Shown: one piece after another, positions 23,297 through 27,574 of the stretch
Layout of the letters: each line of letters opens with the position of its first letter
How positions within the stretch are numbered: position 1 is the stretch's first letter
NCBI GenBank assembly: GCA_039794305.1
Contig: JBDIVX010000101.1
Location: 1 to 27,574 of the forward strand
DNA: 27,574 nt
Reading direction: 5' to 3'
Source of the DNA: Polyangiales bacterium
GTDB lineage: Bacteria; Myxococcota_A; Polyangia; Polyangiales; JBDIVX01
Translations under genes and position numbers: made by a program
The notes under the pieces: model-generated
Database searches by the model: none
The model's input: only the letters and a program-made list of their open reading frames with translations
What the model was told of the DNA's origin: nothing

Positions 23297-24024
23297 GCGG
23301 CTGGGGCCCCGCGGGCCACCGGCGAGCGCCGAGGCGGGTGGCGCCCTGCACGCATCTGGTCTGGACGGCGATCGTCGTCGCGACCGGCTGCGGCGAGCCG
23401 GAGCCCGTCACCGAGATCGTCGTCGGCGCCGACGTGGTGGGCCTCGACGTGCCCGGCGAGGTGGAGTCGCTCCGGTTCGACGTCGTCACGGGCCCGCGGG
23501 CCGCGGACGCTCAGCGGATCGTCGTACCCGTGTCACCGCGCCAGCGGTACGCGGCGGATCTGCCGGTCTCGTGGGGCCTGTGGCAGCGAGACCAGGGCGA
23601 CGCCCCGTTCGAGGTCGTGGTCTCGGCGTTCGCCCACCTGGGGCAGGAGGACCGGGAGGCGCCGGTCGTCAGCCAGCGCGCGCAGCTAGGGTTCGTCGAC
23701 GGGGAGGTGAGGCACGTGTGCCTCGTGCTGCACTCGGCGTGCGCGGGCGTGGCGTGCCCGGACGGCACCACCTGCGCCTTCGACGGCGACGCGAGCCGCT
23801 GCGTTCCGATCTGCGTCGACGCCGACGCGACGCCGGCGCTCGGCGGCACCGAGCTCTGCGCTCCGGCGGCCGAGCTCGTGAGCATCGCGCGGTCGGGCGC
23901 GAGCTGTGCGCCGCTGTGGGGCGTGGACGCGGGCACGACCGCGCTCCCGGACGCCGCGGCGCCCGACGCCGCGATCGACGCGGGGCTCGACGGGGGCCTC
24001 GACGCGGGACTCGACGGGGGCTGA
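23293..24024 (+). CDS. Lipoprotein, short paralog of the cysteine-rich lipoprotein at 26557..>27574, ending in (I/L)DAG/LDGG repeats
   Basis: ATG 23293 is ATGA-coupled to the upstream gene. The N-terminus is ...TAIVVATGC, lipobox-like. Similarity to the 26557 protein includes TEIVVGADVVGLDVP~TEIMLLVNTNLEP and VRHVCLVLHSACAGVACPDGTTCAFDG~RVSIYLWLTDACVGKSCPPGRTCWFGEC. The C-terminus is DAGLDGGLDAGLDGG*. It converges on the kinase gene with an 8-bp gap. Confidence 0.65.
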   Translation: MSGWGPAGHRRAPRRVAPCTHLVWTAIVVATGCGEPEPVTEIVVGADVVGLDVPGEVESLRFDVVTGPRAADAQRIVVPVSPRQRYAADLPVSWGLWQRDQGDAPFEVVVSAFAHLGQEDREAPVVSQRAQLGFVDGEVRHVCLVLHSACAGVACPDGTTCAFDGDASRCVPICVDADATPALGGTELCAPAAELVSIARSGASCAPLWGVDAGTTALPDAAAPDAAIDAGLDGGLDAGLDGG

Positions 24025-24032
24025 GATACGAG

Positions 24033-25523
24033 TCACTCGCGGTCGAGGTCGTACACGCTGTCGATACCTTCGGCGAGACCGCCGCCGGGCGCCCGCTCCA
24101 TGCGCGGCGCGACCCGCCGCCGACGCGGCCGGGTGCGCCGGGGGCTCGGCGCCTCCGGCTGGCGTTCGACCTCGGGGGGCTCCACCGGCACCGGCGAAGC
24201 GGGCTCCTCGCGTGCCTCCGGGCGCGGCGCGCCCGCGGCCGGCTCGGCGGCCTCGGCCGGCGGGGACGTGGCCGCCGCGGACGGCGTCGCCTCGGCCCCG
24301 GCGGTGACGCGCCGGGCCAGCCAGGCGCCGAGGGCACCCATCGCCGCGAGGCCCACGATCGCGGCGACGGCGGCGGGCAACAGCCACGCCGGCCGCGCGC
24401 GACTCCCGTGCACCACGCGGGTCGGCGCGACGCGCGTGCCGAGCTCGCGCGTCGCGTGCTCGCGCGTGAGCAGCTCCGTCGGTGCGTCGGGCCCCGCCTC
24501 GTCACCGTCCGCCCCGCCGAGCGGCAGCGTGGCGTCCGGCCCGTCGAGCGGGAGGAGCCGCAGGGTGGTCGTGGGTCCGGCGCCCGCGCCCGGATCGGTC
24601 CCTTCGTCGCCCTCGGGGAGCAGCTCGGCGAGCCACGCCGCGAGCTCCGGCTGGGCGGGCAGAGGGTGACTGCGCGACCACTCCGTCAGGCGGCGTACGA
24701 GCTCGCCGCCGGTCTGGATGCGCGACGCGGGATCGCGCTCGAGGAGGCCGAGCACGATGGCATCGAGCTCGGCGTCGACCTCGGGACGAGCGAGCGAGGG
24801 CGGCGGGATCTGCCCCTCGAGCACCTTCGCCGCCGCGTCCGGCTCGCGGCGCGAGGCGAACAGGCGGCGACCGGTGAGGCACTCCCACGCGACGACGCCG
24901 AGGGCCCACAGGTCGCTGCGCGCGTCGGCGCCGTGCCCGCTGAGCTGCTCCGGCGCCATGTACCCGATCTTCCCCTTGAGCACGCCGGTGGCGGTCTTGC
25001 TGGAGCGGTGAAGCGACAGCGCGATGCCGAAGTCGATGAGCTTCACTGCTCCGGCGTAGGTGAGCACGATGTTCTGTGGGCTCACGTCGCGGTGGACGAC
25101 CTCGAGCGGGTTGCCGCGGAAGTCCGTCGCGCGATGGGCGTGCTCGAGCGCCGAAGCGGCGCCCAGCACGATGGACGCCGCCACCTCGGTCGGCATCGGC
25201 CTGCCGGCCGACGAGAGCGACCGGTGGATGCGCGCGAGGTCGCGCCCCCGCAGCCACTCCATGACGATGCAGGGGGCGCCCTCGAGGCTGGCGACGTCGA
25301 AGATCAGCACGATGTTCGGGTGCTGGAGCTGACAAGCGATGCGCGCCTCGTCGAGGAACGCCCGCACGAACGCGTCGTCCTCGGCGAGGTGGGGGAGCAC
25401 GGTCTTGAGCACGACCAGCCGCTCGTACAGGTCGCCCGCCTGCTCGCGCGCGAGGATGACCTCCCCCATCCCGCCCCGGGCGAGCGTCCGGAGCACCTCG
25501 TACGTCTTCCCGGCCGCGATCAA
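24033..25523 (-). CDS. Hanks-type Ser/Thr protein kinase with one TM helix and a Pro/Ala/Glu-rich C-terminal tail
   Basis: MIAAGKTYEVLRTLARGGMGEV is the Gly-rich loop. The VLK lysine, HRDVSPQNIVL, DFG and GYMAPE motifs are present. The TM helix is WLLPAAVAAIVGLAAMGALGAWLA, followed by a low-complexity PAEAAEP...RRRR tail. Confidence 0.9.
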   Translation of the reverse strand: MIAAGKTYEVLRTLARGGMGEVILAREQAGDLYERLVVLKTVLPHLAEDDAFVRAFLDEARIACQLQHPNIVLIFDVASLEGAPCIVMEWLRGRDLARIHRSLSSAGRPMPTEVAASIVLGAASALEHAHRATDFRGNPLEVVHRDVSPQNIVLTYAGAVKLIDFGIALSLHRSSKTATGVLKGKIGYMAPEQLSGHGADARSDLWALGVVAWECLTGRRLFASRREPDAAAKVLEGQIPPPSLARPEVDAELDAIVLGLLERDPASRIQTGGELVRRLTEWSRSHPLPAQPELAAWLAELLPEGDEGTDPGAGAGPTTTLRLLPLDGPDATLPLGGADGDEAGPDAPTELLTREHATRELGTRVAPTRVVHGSRARPAWLLPAAVAAIVGLAAMGALGAWLARRVTAGAEATPSAAATSPPAEAAEPAAGAPRPEAREEPASPVPVEPPEVERQPEAPSPRRTRPRRRRVAPRMERAPGGGLAEGIDSVYDLDRE

Positions 25524-25587
25524 CCCGACGAGGATAGCGTGGCGGCGCGCTCGCCACGAGCCGGCGGGATGTCATACGCTCGACGCG

Positions 25588-26550
25588 ATGCTGCGGCGCC
25601 TCCTCGTCGTCCTCGTCGCCTTGACCGCCCCGATCGCGTCCGAGGCGCTCGCGCAACCCGGCCGGGGCAGGCGGCTGGCCGAGCAGGCGGACGACGCCGA
25701 GGCCCGGAGCCGCTTCTACACCGGGGCGCAGCTCTACCAGGACGGGGACTATGAGGCCGCGCTCCTGGAGTTCCGCGAGAGCGCGCGGCTGCGCCCCGTC
25801 CCGGTCGTCACGTTCAACATCGCGCAGACGCTCCGGGCGATGCACCGCTACCCGGAGGCGATCGAGGAGCTCCGCCGCTACCTCGCCGAGTCCGGAGAGG
25901 AGCTGCCGCCCGACCGGCGCGCGACGGTCGTGCGGACGATCCGCGCCCTCGAGCGCCGCATCGCGACCGTCACGCTGTCGGTCGAGCCGCGCGGAGCAGA
26001 GATCCGCGTCGACGGGCGTGTCGTCGGGACCGCGCCGCTCGAGGGGCCGCTCCTCCTGGCGTCCGGCCGCCGATCGCTCGAGGTCACGGCCGAGGGGTAC
26101 GTCCCCGTCCGCGACGAGGTCGAGGTGGTCGGCCGGCAGCCCCGCACACTCCGGATCCGCCTGGCGCCGCGCGAGACCGCGGGGACGATCCACCTGACGT
26201 CGCGGCCCGAGCGCGCCTCGATCCGCGTCGATGGCCTCGAGGTGGGCGAGGCGCCGGTCTCGCGACGGGTGCCCTTCGGCGGCCACGTCGTCGAGGCGGA
26301 GCTGCCGGGCTACGAGACGTACCGAACGTCGGTCGAGATCGCCGAACGACAGGAGCTCGACCTGCAGGTCGTGCTCGAGGAGGAGACCGATCCAGGGCTC
26401 TTCGGGCGCTGGTGGTTCTGGGCGGGCGCCTCGGCCGTCGTCGTCGGCGCGACCGTCGCGATCGTGCTGCTCGCCCAGCCCTCCGACCCGGAGCCGATCC
26501 CCGGCAACAGCCCGTTCGGCTCGGTGATCGCCGTGTTGCGCTCGGAGTGA
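25588..26550 (+). CDS. PEGA-domain protein: signal peptide, TPR-like segment, three PEGA repeats and a C-terminal TM anchor
   Basis: The start at 25588 (Met84 of the track ORF) gives MLRRLLVVLVALTAPIASEALAQP. PEGA-like units are TLSVEPRGAEIRVDGRVVGTAPLE..., IHLTSRPERASIRVDGLEVGEAPV... and ...GHVVEAELPGYETY. The TM anchor is WWFWAGASAVVVGATVAIVLLA. It is divergent from the kinase across a 64-bp spacer. Confidence 0.75.
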   Translation: MLRRLLVVLVALTAPIASEALAQPGRGRRLAEQADDAEARSRFYTGAQLYQDGDYEAALLEFRESARLRPVPVVTFNIAQTLRAMHRYPEAIEELRRYLAESGEELPPDRRATVVRTIRALERRIATVTLSVEPRGAEIRVDGRVVGTAPLEGPLLLASGRRSLEVTAEGYVPVRDEVEVVGRQPRTLRIRLAPRETAGTIHLTSRPERASIRVDGLEVGEAPVSRRVPFGGHVVEAELPGYETYRTSVEIAERQELDLQVVLEEETDPGLFGRWWFWAGASAVVVGATVAIVLLAQPSDPEPIPGNSPFGSVIAVLRSE

Positions 26551-26556
26551 GCCCGC

Positions 26557-27574
26557 TCAGAGGCACGTGCCGGCGACTCCGCAGGTCCCGCTGCAGCAGT
26601 AGATGTCGTCGGTGCACGTCATACCGCTCGGGATGCAGCAGCCGCCCGACCGGCACACGTACGGGCTGCAACAGTCGCTGTCGCTGCCGCAGCCGTCACG
26701 GGCCAACCCGCAGCAGCCCGACGCCCACGTGCCCGCGACGCAGAAGCGAGACCCGCCGTAGCCGCCGGCCGTCGTGCAGCGACAGTCGTCGGGCGCGGTG
26801 CAGCTCCGGCCGGCGTTGTCCTGGCACGCGCCGTAGTTGCAGCCGTCGCAGCGTTTGGCGCGGCAGCCCGTGCACTCGACCCAGCCGGTGCCGGAGCACT
26901 CGCAGCTCGGGCCTGCGTCCACGCCTGCGTCGACGCCTGCGTCCACGCCGCCGTCCACGCCGCCGTCCACGCCTGCGTCCACGCCGCCGTCGCCCCCTGC
27001 GTCGGTGCCGGCGTCGGTCGACGTGGGGCCCGGGCCGGCGTCGCACCCGAGGGCGCTTCCGAGCCCGGCGTCCACGCCGGCCGGCACGTGGCAGCCGGGG
27101 CGCTCCTCGTCGATGCACTCGCCGAACCAGCAGGTCCGTCCCGGAGGGCAGCTCTTTCCGACGCAGGCGTCCGTCAGCCACAGGTAGATGCTCACGCGCT
27201 TGCGAGGCACGAACGCGCTGCGAGCGGCGACGCGCGTCAGGATGGCGTCGCCCGCGCCGAGCGCGAACGCCTCGAAGTAGAATGGGCGCGCGTCCTCGTC
27301 GCCTCCCTCGGGGACGAGGCCGAGCGTGATCGGCAGGATGCCTTCGGTGCTCTCGTCGATGGCCACCTCGCCGAGCCAGCGATGCTCGTAGGGCTCTGTA
27401 TCGACGACGGCGCGGTCGCCCCTCGCCGTGTCGGCGAGCGGTGGCACCGGCGTGTCCGGCATGCCGGACGGGGCGGCCGGATCGGCGCGCAGCACGCGGA
27501 TGCGGATGCGCTCGAGGCCGTCGGAGGGCTCGAGGTTGGTGTTGACGAGCAACATGATCTCGGTGGCCTGCCCC
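26557..27574 (-). CDS. Cysteine-rich lipoprotein-family protein (N-terminus beyond the window): N-domain, CxxxxCPPGxTC motif, (V/T)DAG/(V/G)DGG repeat linker and a C-terminal domain with >30 Cys
   Basis: The frame stays open upstream of the annotated Met to the window edge (...GQATEIMLLVNTNLEP), matching the paralog N-domain, so the true start lies outside. The linker is DAGTDAGGDGGVDAGVDGGVDGGVDAGVDAGVDAG. The tail CECSGTGWVECTGCRAKRCDGCNYGACQ...GCCGLARDGCGSDSDCCSPYVCRSGGCCIPSGMTCTDDIYCCSGTCGVAGTCL is knottin/granulin-like in density. The stop is at 26557-26559. Confidence 0.7.
   Translation of the reverse strand, partial: GQATEIMLLVNTNLEPSDGLERIRIRVLRADPAAPSGMPDTPVPPLADTARGDRAVVDTEPYEHRWLGEVAIDESTEGILPITLGLVPEGGDEDARPFYFEAFALGAGDAILTRVAARSAFVPRKRVSIYLWLTDACVGKSCPPGRTCWFGECIDEERPGCHVPAGVDAGLGSALGCDAGPGPTSTDAGTDAGGDGGVDAGVDGGVDGGVDAGVDAGVDAGPSCECSGTGWVECTGCRAKRCDGCNYGACQDNAGRSCTAPDDCRCTTAGGYGGSRFCVAGTWASGCCGLARDGCGSDSDCCSPYVCRSGGCCIPSGMTCTDDIYCCSGTCGVAGTCL
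26911..27018 (-). repeat. Nine tandem 12-bp units (GCCTGCGTCCAC / GCCGCCGTCCAC) encoding the (V)DAG/(V)DGG linker
   Basis: Read directly on the plus strand; the array is in-frame within the 26557 gene. A 4-unit version of the same 12-bp array lies at ~23975-24022 in the paralog. Confidence 0.7.

Noticed and set aside
21539-26286. Long ORFs 21539..23158 (-), 23232..25754 (+), 23669..24505 (-) and 24502..26286 (-)
   Set aside because: They are antisense or alternative frames of the lipoprotein, kinase and PEGA genes and are low-complexity R/G/P-rich.
1-27574. tRNA/rRNA genes, CRISPR arrays, IS transposase genes
   Set aside because: There are no transposase-like ORFs, no short-repeat/spacer arrays, and no regions with tRNA-like cloverleaf potential or rRNA-like composition. 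The only mobile-looking DNA is the ORF-less inverted-repeat element.

Overview
This 27.6 kb window is very GC-rich (about 72%, with GC3 above 90% in real genes) and looks like chromosomal DNA from a Myxococcota-type bacterium. The lineage call is my inference from MopE-type metal-binding and Dictyostelium-type CTDC cysteine repeats, an AgmX/PglI C-terminal domain, a PEGA protein beside a Hanks kinase, and an RRM protein. I did not take the six-frame track at face value. Many long ORFs are antisense or alternative-frame artefacts of the GC bias, and I re-derived starts from signal peptides, Shine-Dalgarno motifs and 4-nt start/stop overlaps. I support about 28 protein-coding genes: a FliJ/YscO-like fragment, a cysteine-repeat lipoprotein, Slt, an RRM protein, an M29-like aminopeptidase, DnaJ, an AgmX/PglI-domain protein, Orn, HemW, CcmA, CcmB, an SPFH protein, a PEBP protein, an SDR, a VapBC toxin-antitoxin pair, an OYE flavoenzyme, a large secreted protein, several lipoproteins, a membrane Ser/Thr kinase and a PEGA protein. 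I found no rRNA, tRNA or CRISPR. The most unusual signals are a 164-bp element bounded by perfect 22-bp inverted repeats, sitting exactly between two convergent stop codons, with a second partial copy 12.5 kb away. The terminal CTA of the element supplies the stop codon of the adjacent gene in both copies. The second is a vapBC islet, which also carries that partial copy, inserted between divergent SDR and OYE genes and flanked by about 50-bp direct repeats, with a near-consensus promoter overlapped by a 9-6-9 palindrome. The third is a paralogous pair of lipoproteins with 12-bp (V/L)DAG/(V/L)DGG tandem repeats flanking a divergent kinase and PEGA-protein pair. The fourth is a repeated ACNDD...VDG domain shared by two otherwise different lipoproteins.
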